In this document: positions 11,164-21,513 of the stretch, piece by piece
Position numbering within the stretch: the first letter of the stretch is position 1
How the letters are laid out: every line of letters starts with the position of its first letter
Origin: Vicinamibacteria bacterium
Lineage (GTDB): Bacteria > Acidobacteriota > Vicinamibacteria > Marinacidobacterales > Marinacidobacteraceae
Length of the DNA: 64,000 nucleotides
Assembly: GCA_963668695.2 (NCBI GenBank)
Contig: CAXXLQ010000004.1
Span: 3,520,001-3,584,000, forward strand
Direction of reading: 5' to 3'
Notes under the pieces: generated by a model
Seen by the model: the letters and a program-made list of their open reading frames with translations, nothing else
Database searches by the model: none
Told to the model about the DNA's origin: nothing
Translations under genes and position numbers: made by a program

Positions 11164-14100
11164 ATGAAGCGCAGCGCGTTCCCCCTCGCCGTCCTCGCCG
11201 CCGGATTGGTGCTCGCCCCCGCGGCCAGCACCCAGGAAGAAGCGGCCATCACCGAAGACCTCCTTTCGGGTCTCAAGCTCCGGGGGATCGGCCCCGCCGC
11301 CCGCTCCGGCCGGGTCGCGGACGTGACGTTCGATCCGAACGACCGGGCGACCTGGTACGTCGCGGTGGCCTCCGGAAACGCCTTCAAGACCACGAACCGG
11401 GGCACCACCTGGGAGCCCATCTTCGAGAACTACCCGGTCTATTCCACCTCGACGATCGTGGTGGATCCGGCGAATTCCAACGTCTTGTGGCTCGGAACCG
11501 GCGAGAACAACGGGCAACGCTCGGCGGGCTACGGGAACGGTGTCTGGCGGAGCCGGGACGCCGGGGCTTCGTTCGAACATACCGGGCTCGACGAATCGGA
11601 ACACATCGGAAAGATCGTCCTCGACCCCCGCGACAGCCAGACGGTCTGGGTCGCGGCGCAGGGACCGCTCTGGCGATCCGGCGGGGATCGGGGCCTCTAC
11701 CAGACCACCGACGGGGGCGCCACCTGGGAGCGGGTCCTCCACATCTCGGAGGACACCGGGATCAGCGACGTGGTCCTCGACCCGCGGAACCCGGACATCG
11801 TGTACGCCTCGTCGTGGCAGCGGCGCCGCCACACCGGTCTGCTGGTGGCCGGCGGTCCCGAAGGAGGGATCCACAAATCGGAAGACGGCGGCGCGACCTG
11901 GCGGAAGCTCTCCCGCGGCCTCCCCTCGGGGGACCGCCACGACATCGGCCGCATCGGGCTCGCCCTCGCGCCCCAGAACCCGGACATCGTCTATGCGCTG
12001 ATCGCGGCCTCGGACGACGCGAGCGGTTTCTATCGCTCCACCGACCGCGGCGAGAGCTGGGAAAAACGCAGCGACTACATCTGTGTGGACCCGCAGTACT
12101 ACATGGAGATCTTCCCGGATCCCCACCGGCCGGGCCGGATCTACTCGATGGACGTGTGGGTGCAGATCACGGACGACGACGGGAAGACCTGGCGCGACCT
12201 CAATAGCCGCTGGAAGCACGTGGACAACCACGACCTGGAGTTCGATCCCGACGACCCGGACTACCTGATGGTGAGCTCCGACGGCGGCATCTACGAGAGC
12301 TGGGATCTCGGCGAGCGCTGGAAGTTCCACGCCAACCAGTCCCTCATGCAGTTCTACCGGGTCGGGATCGATAACGACTTCCCGTTCTACAACGTCTATG
12401 GCGGCACCCAGGACAACGCCACCATGGGCGGTCCCTCCCGCACCATCAACGTGCACGGCATCCGGAACAGCGACTGGCTGAACGTCATCGGCGGCGACGG
12501 TTTCCAGGCGCGGGTGGATCCCGAGGACCCGAACATCATCTACGCGCAGTTCCAGTACGCGGGGATCGCGCGTTTCGACAGGCGCACCGGCGAGCGGGTG
12601 GACATCCAGCCGCAACCGGAACCCGACGACCCGCCGCTCAAGTGGAACTGGGACGCGCCGCTCATCATCTCTCCCCATAACGGCCAGCGCCTCTACTTCG
12701 GCGCGAACCGCCTCTACCGGAGCGACGACCGCGCGAACACCTGGACCCCGATCAGCGAGGACCTGACCCGCGGCATCAACCGCGCCGAACGACCAGTGAT
12801 GGGGCGGACCTGGAGCACGGACGCGGTGTGGCGCAACGTCTTCACCTCGACCTACGGGAACATGGTGGCGCTCGACGAATCACCCCTCGTCGAAGGGCTG
12901 CTCTACACCGGGATGGACGACGGCCGCATCCAGATCAGCGATGACGGGGGGATCGAGTGGCGGGCGGTGGATGCCGTTCCGGGCGTTCCGCCCCTCACCT
13001 ACGTGGCGGATCTCCATGCCTCCCGGCACCGGGAGAACACGGTGTACGCGGTCTTCAACAACCACAAGCAGGGCGATTTCGCGCCCTACGTGATGCGCAG
13101 CGACGACCGCGGCGTCACCTGGGATGACATCACCGGCGACCTTCCCGACGACCAGCTCGCCTGGACGGTGGTCGAGGATCCGGGGCAGGAAGGACTGCTC
13201 TTCCTGGGCACCGAGTTCGGACTCTTCTCAACCATCGACGGCGGCACGCACTGGGTTCGGTTGAAGGGAGGGCTCCCGACCATCGCGATCCGGGATCTGG
13301 AGATCCAGGCGCGCGAGAACGACCTGGTCGCGGCCTCGTTCGGGCGGGGCTTCTTCATCCTCGACGACTACACGCCCTTGCGCCATCTCTCGCCCGAGGC
13401 GCTCGCCGGCGACGGCACGGTGTTCCCGGTGAAGGACCCATGGATGTACGTGGAGGCGAACCCGCTCGGCGGCGGCGAAAAAGCGCAGCGGGGCGACGCC
13501 TTCTTCACCGCACCCAACCCGCCCTTCGGGGCGGTGGTCACCTACCACCTGAAGGAAGACGTCCTGAGCCTGCGCGACCGGCGGCGGAAGCGGGAGCGAG
13601 CCCAGGCAGCCGCCGGCGAACCGCTTCCCTACCCCACCTGGGACGAACTGCGGGCCGAGGACCGCGCCGAGGATCCGGCGGTGTTCGTAGTCATTCGAGA
13701 CTCGGAAGGGAACGTCGTGCGCCGTATTTCCGCGCCGACGAAGGCGGGGATCCACCGGGTGGCGTGGGACCTCCGGTATCCGGACCCCGAGCGGGGACCA
13801 GTGGGACCGTGGTCGCGGCGCGCCGGGCCGCTGGCGATGCCGCAAACCTACACGGCGGAACTCGTAGCGCGCGACGGTGATGGCGCGATGCGTCTCGGCG
13901 AGCCGCAGTCCTTCACCCCGAAGGTCCTGGCGGCGGCCGGCGTGCCGCCCGCCGACGTGGAGGCCCGCCACGCGTTCCAGCGGGAGGTCGCCACGCTCCA
14001 GCGCCAGGTCTTCGGCGCCGTTTCCGCGCTCGGAGCCTCCGTCGAACGGGTGGAAGCCCTCGCGGAAGCGATCGACGAATCGGGAGCGGAAGGCGATCTC

Positions 14101-14415
14101 CGTGCCCAGGCGTCGGCGATCCGGGCCGGGCTCCTCGAGCTGCGCGTCCGCTTCCTCGGCGACGACACCGTCCGCTCCAGGAGCGAAGCCGTGCTGCCGG
14201 GCATCCGCCAGCGCATCCAGCGGGTGGTCGGGGCCTTCTGGTCCACCGCCGATCCCACCACGACCCACCGCCGGCAGGCGGAGATCGTCCAAGAGCAGTT
14301 CGGCCCGGCAAACGCGGAGCTCGTCAACCTCGTCGAGACGCAGCTCGCGGGTCTCGAGGCCCAGGCGGACGCCGCGGGGGTGCCCTGGACCCCGGGCCGG
14401 CGGATCCCGCGGTAG
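11164..14415 (+). CDS. Secreted BNR/Asp-box (VPS10/sortilin-like, GH74-like) beta-propeller protein, paralog 1
   Basis: Signal peptide, R.IGPA..SGR, many S.D.G.TW Asp-boxes, GGTQDN, GGDGF, FGRGF.ILDD. Confidence 0.9.
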   Translation: MKRSAFPLAVLAAGLVLAPAASTQEEAAITEDLLSGLKLRGIGPAARSGRVADVTFDPNDRATWYVAVASGNAFKTTNRGTTWEPIFENYPVYSTSTIVVDPANSNVLWLGTGENNGQRSAGYGNGVWRSRDAGASFEHTGLDESEHIGKIVLDPRDSQTVWVAAQGPLWRSGGDRGLYQTTDGGATWERVLHISEDTGISDVVLDPRNPDIVYASSWQRRRHTGLLVAGGPEGGIHKSEDGGATWRKLSRGLPSGDRHDIGRIGLALAPQNPDIVYALIAASDDASGFYRSTDRGESWEKRSDYICVDPQYYMEIFPDPHRPGRIYSMDVWVQITDDDGKTWRDLNSRWKHVDNHDLEFDPDDPDYLMVSSDGGIYESWDLGERWKFHANQSLMQFYRVGIDNDFPFYNVYGGTQDNATMGGPSRTINVHGIRNSDWLNVIGGDGFQARVDPEDPNIIYAQFQYAGIARFDRRTGERVDIQPQPEPDDPPLKWNWDAPLIISPHNGQRLYFGANRLYRSDDRANTWTPISEDLTRGINRAERPVMGRTWSTDAVWRNVFTSTYGNMVALDESPLVEGLLYTGMDDGRIQISDDGGIEWRAVDAVPGVPPLTYVADLHASRHRENTVYAVFNNHKQGDFAPYVMRSDDRGVTWDDITGDLPDDQLAWTVVEDPGQEGLLFLGTEFGLFSTIDGGTHWVRLKGGLPTIAIRDLEIQARENDLVAASFGRGFFILDDYTPLRHLSPEALAGDGTVFPVKDPWMYVEANPLGGGEKAQRGDAFFTAPNPPFGAVVTYHLKEDVLSLRDRRRKRERAQAAAGEPLPYPTWDELRAEDRAEDPAVFVVIRDSEGNVVRRISAPTKAGIHRVAWDLRYPDPERGPVGPWSRRAGPLAMPQTYTAELVARDGDGAMRLGEPQSFTPKVLAAAGVPPADVEARHAFQREVATLQRQVFGAVSALGASVERVEALAEAIDESGAEGDLRAQASAIRAGLLELRVRFLGDDTVRSRSEAVLPGIRQRIQRVVGAFWSTADPTTTHRRQAEIVQEQFGPANAELVNLVETQLAGLEAQADAAGVPWTPGRRIPR

Positions 14416-14426
14416 GCCCGAGCAGC

Positions 14427-15665
14427 GTGGCAGCCACGGGTGAGTCCCGCTACGGCCGGACGATCTATCTCCCTCCGGAGAAAGGCGCCCGCGCCGTTCC
14501 GCTGCGGCGTCGGCGACTGACCGCAGGGTCCCCGGCGAGCGGATATGACGAGGACTGGCTCCAGCGACTGCTGTTCGAGTCGCCGGAAATCCTACCGATC
14601 GGAGAGATTGACGAGGCGTTCGGACCCGTCATCCCGCTCTGCCGCGAACTGCCCACGGCCGCCGGCCCCATGGATCTCGCCTACGTGAACGAAACGGGCC
14701 GGCTCACTCTGGTCGAATGCAAGCTCTGGAGGAACCCCGAGGCGCGGCGCGAAGTGGTGGCCCAGATTCTGGACTACGCGAAGGAGATCCATCGTTGGTC
14801 CTATGAGGAACTCGACAAGGCGGTGCGCCGCGCGCGGCGTGCGGAAGGGGACAGTCGCGGACTGTTCGATCTGGTGCGGGACCAAAACGAAGATATCGAC
14901 GAAGCCGCCTTCGTGGACGACGTGACCCGCAACCTGGCGGATGGGCGCTTCCTGCTGCTCGTGGTTGGCGACGGCATCCGGGAGGGAGTGGAGCGGATCG
15001 CCGAACACCTGCGACGGTTCGCGGGCATCCAGTTCACCTTCGGTCTTGTCGAGCTGGCCATGTTCGAACTGCCGGCGGAAGGCGCGCCGGGCGGCCTCAT
15101 CGTGGAGCCGCGGGTTCTCGCCCGGACGGTCGAGATCGAACGCGCCATCGTGCGACGAGCGGACGTCGGCGTGACAGTGGAGGAAGCTCCGGCACTGTTG
15201 ACGGGCAGGCGCGCGAAGCGGCGCCTCACCGAGGACGAGTTCTACCAAGAAGTCGGGAAACTCGACGCAGCGCTTCCCGGCCGACTGCGGGACTTCTTCA
15301 AGCGCGTGGAGGATATTGGACTCGTCGTCCTCCCCGAGACTGCATCCATCGTCCTTCGCTGGGACAGACAGGACGGCAACACAGTCTTCTTCGGTGTCCT
15401 GTATGCCGACGGAAGATTGGACGCCGGCTCTATCGCGCAGCGGGCGGAGCAATTCGGTGACGAGCAGGTCGGAGTGGCCTATCTTCAGTCACTGGCGGGC
15501 CTCATTCCGCACTCCCAGGTGAAACCCACCGGCGGCACCCAAAAGTGGCGGCTGGCGGTGGGCGACCGCCTACCCAAGTTCGCGGCGCCGCTCGAACGCG
15601 CCGACGAGTGGCTGGACGCCATCCAGCGGACGATGGACGCCTTCAATCGTCTCGCCAGCGGCTAG
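14427..15665 (+). CDS. PD-(D/E)XK nuclease-like protein (NucS/DUF91-like N-terminal domain)
   Basis: E..LQ..L, RE.....G..D, VECKL..NPEARREVVAQ..DYA. Confidence 0.75.
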   Translation: MAATGESRYGRTIYLPPEKGARAVPLRRRRLTAGSPASGYDEDWLQRLLFESPEILPIGEIDEAFGPVIPLCRELPTAAGPMDLAYVNETGRLTLVECKLWRNPEARREVVAQILDYAKEIHRWSYEELDKAVRRARRAEGDSRGLFDLVRDQNEDIDEAAFVDDVTRNLADGRFLLLVVGDGIREGVERIAEHLRRFAGIQFTFGLVELAMFELPAEGAPGGLIVEPRVLARTVEIERAIVRRADVGVTVEEAPALLTGRRAKRRLTEDEFYQEVGKLDAALPGRLRDFFKRVEDIGLVVLPETASIVLRWDRQDGNTVFFGVLYADGRLDAGSIAQRAEQFGDEQVGVAYLQSLAGLIPHSQVKPTGGTQKWRLAVGDRLPKFAAPLERADEWLDAIQRTMDAFNRLASG

Positions 15666-15701
15666 TTGCCCATCTCCCATGCCGACACGCTGAGGACCAT
15701 C

Positions 15702-18700
15702 ATGAACCGACCCCCCTGGACAACCCTCGTTCTCGCGGCCGCCGTCCTGTTTCCGGCATTTGCTCTTCCCCAGGAAGGCGAGGCCCCGGCCATCACCGAG
15801 GACCTCCTGTCCGGCCTGGAGCTCCGCGCCATCGGGCCCGCGTCGCGTTCCGGGCGGATCGCCGACGTGGCCATCGATCCGAACGACACGTCCACCTGGT
15901 ACGTCGCGGTCGCCTCCGGGAACGCCTTCAAGACCACGAATCGCGGCACCACCTGGGAACCCATCTTCGAGAACTACCCGGTGTATTCCACCTCGACGGT
16001 GGTGGTGGATCCGTCCAACTCGAACGTCGTGTGGCTCGGCACGGGCGAGAACAACGGCCAGCGGTCGGTCCCCTACGGGAACGGCGTCTGGCGGAGCCGC
16101 GACGCCGGGGCTTCGTTCGAGCACATGGGGCTCGACGAGTCGGAGCACATCGGGAAGATCGTGCTCGACCCGCGCGACAGCCAGACCGTCTGGGTCGCGG
16201 CGCAGGGACCGCTGTGGCGGGCCGGCGGCGACCGGGGCCTCTACAAGACGACGGATGGCGGCGCCACCTGGGAGCACGTCCTCCGCATTTCGGACGACAC
16301 CGGGGTCAGCGACGTGGTACTCGACCCGCGGAACCCGGACATCGTGTACGCCAGCGCCTGGCAGCGGCGGCGGCACACCGGGCTCCAGATCGCGGGCGGC
16401 CCCGAAGGGGGTATCCACAAGTCCGAAGACGGCGGCACCACCTGGCGGCGGCTCAGCCGCGGGCTCCCCTCCCCGGACCGGCAGGACATCGGCCGCATCG
16501 GGCTCGCGATCTCGCCGCACGATCCCGACGTCGTCTACGCCCAGATCGCGGCCTCCGACGACGGCTACGGGTTCTACGCCTCCACCGACCGCGGCGAGAG
16601 CTGGGAGAAACGGAGCGACTACTTCGTCACCGATCCGCAGTACTACATGGAGATCTTTGCCGATCCGCACCGGCCGGGCCGGCTCTACTCCATGGACACC
16701 TACACCCGCGTCTCCGATGACGACGGCAGGACCTGGCGGCGGCTGAACACCCAGTGGAAGCACGTGGACCACCACGACCTGGAATTCGACCCCGATGACC
16801 CGAACTACCTGATGATGAGCACCGACGGCGGTCTCTACGAGAGCTGGGACCTCGGCGAGCACTGGAAATACCACGCCAACCAGGCGCTCACCCAGTTCTA
16901 CCGGGTCGGGATCGACAACGACTTCCCGTTCTACCGGGTCTATGGCGGCACCCAGGACAACGCCACCATGGCCGGCCCCTCGCGCACCATCAACGTGCAC
17001 GGCATCCTCAACAGCGACTGGGTGGACGTGCGGGGCGGCGACGGATTCCAGGCGCGGGTGGATCCCGAAGACCCAAACATCGTCTACGCCCAGTCCCAGT
17101 ACGCCGGGATCGTCCGCTTCGATCACCGCACCGGGGAACGGGTGGACATCCAGCCGCAGCCGGAACCCGACGACCCGCCGCTGAAGTGGAACTGGGACTC
17201 CCCGCTGATCATTTCCCCGCACAACTCCAAGCGGCTCTACTTCGGCGCCAACCGCCTCTACCGGAGCGACGACGGGGCGAACACCTGGACTCCGCTTGGC
17301 GAGGACCTCACCCGCGGCATCAACCGGGCCGAGCGGCTCGTGATGGGCAGGACCTGGAGCGTGGACGCGGTCTGGCGGAATCGCGCCACCTCGACCTACG
17401 GGAACATGGTGGCGCTCGACGAGTCGCCGCTCGTCGAAGGGTTGCTCTACACCGGGATGGACGACGGGCGCATCCAGATTTCCGGTGACGGGGGGCTCGA
17501 ATGGCGGGCGGTGGACACCGTCCCCGGCGTGCCGCCACTCACCTACGTGGCGGACCTCCACGCCTCGCGCCACCGGGAGAACACGGTCTACGCGGTCTTC
17601 AACAACCACAAGCAGGGCGACTTCGCCCCTTACGTAGTGCGGAGCGACGATCGCGGCGTCACCTGGGAAGACATCACCGGCGACCTGCCGGACGACCAGC
17701 TCGCCTGGACGGTCGTCGAGGATCCGGTGCAGCAAGGCCTGCTGTTCCTCGGCACCGAGTTCGGGCTCTTCGTGACGCTCGACGACGGTGGGCACTGGGT
17801 GCGGCTGAAGGGCGGCCTGCCGACCATCGCGATCCGGGACCTCGAGATCCAGACGCGGGAAAACGACCTGGTCGCGGCGTCCTTCGGCCGCAGCTTCTTC
17901 ATCCTCGACGACTACACGCCGCTGCGGCACCTCTCGGCGGAGACCCTGGCGGCCGGCGGCACCGTGTTCCCGGTCAAGGACCCCTGGATGTACATCGAGG
18001 CGAACCCGCTGGGCGGCGGCGAGAAGTCACAGCGCGGCGACGCCTTCTACACGGCGCCCAACCCGCCGTTCGGGGCGGTGGTGACGTACCACCTGAAGGA
18101 GGACGTGCTTTCGCTGAGAGAGCAGCGGCGGAAGCGGGAGCGGGCCCAGGCGGAAGCGGGGGAACCGCTGCCGTATCCCACCTGGGAGGAGCTCCGGGCC
18201 GAGGACCGGGCGGAAGATCCGGCGCTCTTCCTGGTCATCCGGGATTCGGAGGGGGCAGTCGTCCGCCGCATCGCGCCGCCGAAGACCTCCGGGATCCACC
18301 GCGCGGCCTGGGATCTGAGGTATCCCGACGCGGCGGGCGGCGAGCGTGGCGGACCGCTCGCGATGCCGGGCGCCTATACCGCCGAACTTATCCGGCGCGA
18401 CGGTGACGGCGTGACCCGCCTCGGCGAGCCGCAGTCCTTCACCCCAAAGGTGCTGGCGCGGGCCGGCGTGCCGGACGTGGATGTCGAAGCGCGACACGCG
18501 TTCCAGATGGAGGTCGCGGCGCTCCAGCGACAGGTGTTCGGGGCGGTAGCCGCGCTTGAGGCGTCCATCGAACGGGTGGAGTCGCTCGCGAAGGCGATCG
18601 ACGAATCGGGGGCGGAAGGCGATCTCCGCGCTCAGGCGTCCACGATCCGCGCGGGGCTCGTCGAGCTGCGCGTCCGCTTCCTCGGCGACGACACCGTCCG

Positions 18701-18941
18701 CTCCCGCAGTGAAGCCGTGCTGCCGGGCATCCGCCAGCGCATCCAGCGGGTGGTCGGCGCCTTCTGGTCCACGTCGGATCCGACGACGACGCATCGCCGG
18801 CAGGCGGAGATCGTGAGGGAGCAATTCGGCCCGGCGAACACGGAACTCGTCAACCTGGTGGAGGTTCAGCTCGCCGGCCTCGAGGCCCAGGCCGACGCCG
18901 CCGGCGTACCCTGGACCCCGGGGAGGCGGATTCCGCGCTGA
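15702..18941 (+). CDS. Secreted BNR/Asp-box (VPS10-like) protein, paralog 2
   Basis: Colinear and highly similar to 11164-14415. GAGGA RBS before ATG. Confidence 0.9.
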   Translation: MNRPPWTTLVLAAAVLFPAFALPQEGEAPAITEDLLSGLELRAIGPASRSGRIADVAIDPNDTSTWYVAVASGNAFKTTNRGTTWEPIFENYPVYSTSTVVVDPSNSNVVWLGTGENNGQRSVPYGNGVWRSRDAGASFEHMGLDESEHIGKIVLDPRDSQTVWVAAQGPLWRAGGDRGLYKTTDGGATWEHVLRISDDTGVSDVVLDPRNPDIVYASAWQRRRHTGLQIAGGPEGGIHKSEDGGTTWRRLSRGLPSPDRQDIGRIGLAISPHDPDVVYAQIAASDDGYGFYASTDRGESWEKRSDYFVTDPQYYMEIFADPHRPGRLYSMDTYTRVSDDDGRTWRRLNTQWKHVDHHDLEFDPDDPNYLMMSTDGGLYESWDLGEHWKYHANQALTQFYRVGIDNDFPFYRVYGGTQDNATMAGPSRTINVHGILNSDWVDVRGGDGFQARVDPEDPNIVYAQSQYAGIVRFDHRTGERVDIQPQPEPDDPPLKWNWDSPLIISPHNSKRLYFGANRLYRSDDGANTWTPLGEDLTRGINRAERLVMGRTWSVDAVWRNRATSTYGNMVALDESPLVEGLLYTGMDDGRIQISGDGGLEWRAVDTVPGVPPLTYVADLHASRHRENTVYAVFNNHKQGDFAPYVVRSDDRGVTWEDITGDLPDDQLAWTVVEDPVQQGLLFLGTEFGLFVTLDDGGHWVRLKGGLPTIAIRDLEIQTRENDLVAASFGRSFFILDDYTPLRHLSAETLAAGGTVFPVKDPWMYIEANPLGGGEKSQRGDAFYTAPNPPFGAVVTYHLKEDVLSLREQRRKRERAQAEAGEPLPYPTWEELRAEDRAEDPALFLVIRDSEGAVVRRIAPPKTSGIHRAAWDLRYPDAAGGERGGPLAMPGAYTAELIRRDGDGVTRLGEPQSFTPKVLARAGVPDVDVEARHAFQMEVAALQRQVFGAVAALEASIERVESLAKAIDESGAEGDLRAQASTIRAGLVELRVRFLGDDTVRSRSEAVLPGIRQRIQRVVGAFWSTSDPTTTHRRQAEIVREQFGPANTELVNLVEVQLAGLEAQADAAGVPWTPGRRIPR

Positions 18942-18992
18942 CCCTCGGTCCACCGACGCCGCGGAACCGCCTCGAACCACAATGGGAGTCGG

Positions 18993-19814
18993 ATGGTGAG
19001 TGAAACCGGACGCGTCGCAATGGACGAGATCGATCGACAGGCACTGCACGAAGCGAAGGCGATCCTCGAGAATCCCGGGCTGGCTGCGCGCCTCGTCAAC
19101 CTCTTGGGAACACCCATCGAAAGGGGACTCAAGCTCCTGCCGGATCGAGTCCAAAACGAAATCTCGGAACTCACCAGCAGGGCGCTGCTCGGTTCCCTGA
19201 GGGTGGCGCTCTCCACTGTCAGGAACCGTCCCGGCTGGCAGTCCTCCAACCTCGCGAACAAGATCGGCGCCATGGCAGCGGGCGGGGCGGGCGGTTTCTT
19301 CGGCATCGCTGGGCTCGCCGTTGAGTTGCCCGTTTCGACGACCATCATGATGCGGGCGATCGCGACCATCGCCCGCGAACACGGAGAAGACACTTCGACA
19401 CCCGAAGCACGCATTGCGTGTCTCGAGGTCTTTGCTCTCGGGGGCCCCAGCAAGTCGGATGACGCTACGGAGACCGGCTACTACCTGGTCCGCGGCGCGA
19501 TGGCGCAAGCCGTTGCGGAGGCGGTCAGTTATCTCGGCAAAGGGGGCGCGGCCATTGCTGGCAAGGAGGCCCCCGCACTTGTGAAATTGATCGTGCGGGT
19601 AGCGGAGAGATTCTCGATTCAGGTCACGGAGAAAGCTGCGGCGCAGGCCCTGCCCATTGTCGGCGCGGCCAGCGCCGCGTTGATCAACCTGCTCTTCATC
19701 GACCATTTCCAGGACATGGCGGGCGGCCATTTCACGGTCAGAAGACTGGAGAGGAAATACGACCCGGCAACGGTGAAGGCGATCTACGACTCGCTGCCGT
19801 CACGATTGAACTGA
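18993..19814 (+). CDS. EcsC family protein
   Basis: GG.FG..GL.VELP.STTIM.R.IA.IA...GED, CLEVFALGG, GHF.VRRLERKY. Confidence 0.85.
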   Translation: MVSETGRVAMDEIDRQALHEAKAILENPGLAARLVNLLGTPIERGLKLLPDRVQNEISELTSRALLGSLRVALSTVRNRPGWQSSNLANKIGAMAAGGAGGFFGIAGLAVELPVSTTIMMRAIATIAREHGEDTSTPEARIACLEVFALGGPSKSDDATETGYYLVRGAMAQAVAEAVSYLGKGGAAIAGKEAPALVKLIVRVAERFSIQVTEKAAAQALPIVGAASAALINLLFIDHFQDMAGGHFTVRRLERKYDPATVKAIYDSLPSRLN

Positions 19815-19929
19815 ACCGTTTGGCCTGCTGGCGGGGCCGATTGGTGGCTTCGCCGCAGAATGCGCGCCCTGCTAGCAGGTGGGCGGCGAGCCATGCCGGA
19901 GGCCGGTGGTCCGATCACCAAACAGCTCG

Positions 19930-20307
19930 TTAAGGTCCAGCTTGGGATTCAGCCTCAGAATCCTCCGGCATGTACAGGCTGAGTTCTGGGACACGATCGA
20001 AGTCCTTCCGATTGCGCGTTGCAAGCATCAGCGAGCGGGTCATCGCGGTGGCGGCGATCAGCGCGTCCGGGAGGCGGATTCCGGTGTCCCGGCGAATTCG
20101 TCCGGCCCGCTCGGCAATGGCGCGATCCACGGGAATCTCGCGGAGCGGAGCCAGCAGCACCGCGGCTGCCTCAACTCCCCGGGTTCCCGAGAAAAGCTCG
20201 GCGCGGGTGATCACGGAGTAGTGCAACCGGTGGCCGTCGCTGCGGAGAGCCCGGGCTCCGCGCAGGTGATCGATGAACACATCGGTGTCCACCAGAATGT
20301 CAGCCGT
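19930..20307 (-). CDS. VapC PIN-domain toxin (expected start codon reads ACG)
   Basis: ILVDTDVFIDHLRG, SVIT.AEL..G, DALIAATA, TRN.KDF. Overlaps the antitoxin stop. Confidence 0.8.
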   Translation of the reverse strand, partial: TADILVDTDVFIDHLRGARALRSDGHRLHYSVITRAELFSGTRGVEAAAVLLAPLREIPVDRAIAERAGRIRRDTGIRLPDALIAATAMTRSLMLATRNRKDFDRVPELSLYMPEDSEAESQAGP

Positions 20308-20518
20308 CCCACTCGTCCCGGCTGGGCGCCGACGCATCCTGCACCGCTCCGAAGGTCACAGAGAGCGCTGCTTCCACATCCGACGTCTGCCTCCTGAAAT
20401 AGTCGTCGAGCGCGCGCCGGACGACCTCCGCGAGCGTGACTCCTTCGGCGCGTCGCACTGTGTCAATTCGGCGGCGCTGTTCCTCGGTCAGGTACACCTG
20501 AGTTCTGGTACTGGGCAT
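20300..20518 (-). CDS. CopG/RHH antitoxin
   Basis: RTQVYLTEEQ...AEVVRRALD, upstream of the PIN gene. Confidence 0.85.
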   Translation of the reverse strand: MPSTRTQVYLTEEQRRRIDTVRRAEGVTLAEVVRRALDDYFRRQTSDVEAALSVTFGAVQDASAPSRDEWDG

Positions 20519-20581
20519 ACAGCACAATATACAGCATGACCGCACGCCGCACCATCCGACCGAGCGGCGCACCGCACCCCT

Positions 20582-20626
20582 CGCTGGCCTTCGGCCAGCG
20601 GTGCCGGTCTGAAGACCGGCGTTCCC
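20582..20626 (-). repeat. REP-like double hairpin
   Basis: Reverse complement GGGAACGCCGGTCTTCAGACCGGC-AC-CGCTGGCC-GAA-GGCCAGCG. Confidence 0.7.
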
Positions 20627-20629
20627 TGC

Positions 20630-21499
20630 CTAAGCCGGCCGCGCGCCGGAGACGAAGTGGTAGGTGAAGAGGCCTTCCCGCAGCCCCTCGTCGTAGGCGA
20701 CGGTCGCTTCCGTGAACTCCTGGGACGCCTGGCTCACCATTCCGGCGGGGTCCACCAGGAAAGTGAACAGCAGCCACCGGTCGCGGAGTTTCTTGGTGGC
20801 GGGCGCCGCCTCCGAGGAAAGGTCCCGCTCCCTGATCCCTTCGAATCCCGCTTCGCCGAGGGTCGCGACCACGTCGCGCCACGGCTCCAGCGGCGGCATG
20901 CGCCAACCCCACTGCGTCCGGGCGTGAATCGGTTCCTGAGCTTCGGAAATCGGCGCGCCGGTCCGCAGTCCTTCGAGGGCCTGCCAGCGCCCTCCCGGCT
21001 TCAGCACGCGATAAACGCCCCGGAGGTAGGCGAGCTTGTCCGGGGCGTAGCAGAAGGACTCGTGGTTCAGAATCGCGTCGAAGCTCATGTCGGGGAACGA
21101 CAGATCCATGAAGTCCCCGTAACGGAAGTCCACGAGGTGGCCGACTCCGCGCCGCTCGGCGTGTTCCGTCGCCACCGCGATGTGGGGTTCGCAGATCGTC
21201 AGCCCGGTGACGTGGACCCCATACGCCTCCGCCAACGTGATCGCCGTCCCGCCCACCCCGCACCCCGCATCCAGCACCCGGCGCCCCGGGCCGAGGTCGC
21301 ATCCCTCCACCAGAGTCTGGTTGGCGCGCAGCAGCGCTTCCCGGTCGTTCGTCGTTTCCGGTCCCCACAGGCCGAAGTGAGTGGCCAGCAGGTCCCCGCC
21401 GAAGTTCAGCATCTGGTCCGTCAGCGCGGCGTAGTGCTCGGGAACCGAGGTCTCCCACTCGGGCGCCGCGCCTGGCGCGTTCCGGCCGCGATCCGCCAT
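20630..21499 (-). CDS. SAM-dependent methyltransferase (RebM / sterol / tocopherol MT-like)
   Basis: HFGLW, VLDAGCGVGG, GDF..L.F.D.SFD, YRVLKPGG. Confidence 0.9.
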   Translation of the reverse strand: MADRGRNAPGAAPEWETSVPEHYAALTDQMLNFGGDLLATHFGLWGPETTNDREALLRANQTLVEGCDLGPGRRVLDAGCGVGGTAITLAEAYGVHVTGLTICEPHIAVATEHAERRGVGHLVDFRYGDFMDLSFPDMSFDAILNHESFCYAPDKLAYLRGVYRVLKPGGRWQALEGLRTGAPISEAQEPIHARTQWGWRMPPLEPWRDVVATLGEAGFEGIRERDLSSEAAPATKKLRDRWLLFTFLVDPAGMVSQASQEFTEATVAYDEGLREGLFTYHFVSGARPA

Positions 21500-21513
21500 G
21501 AAGGACTCTGCCT

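Noticed and set aside
13027-17582. CACCGGGAGAAC matches to the micro-insert inside both VPS10 genes
   Set aside because: Only 12 nt, encodes conserved HREN, and has no GCC duplication; likely chance.
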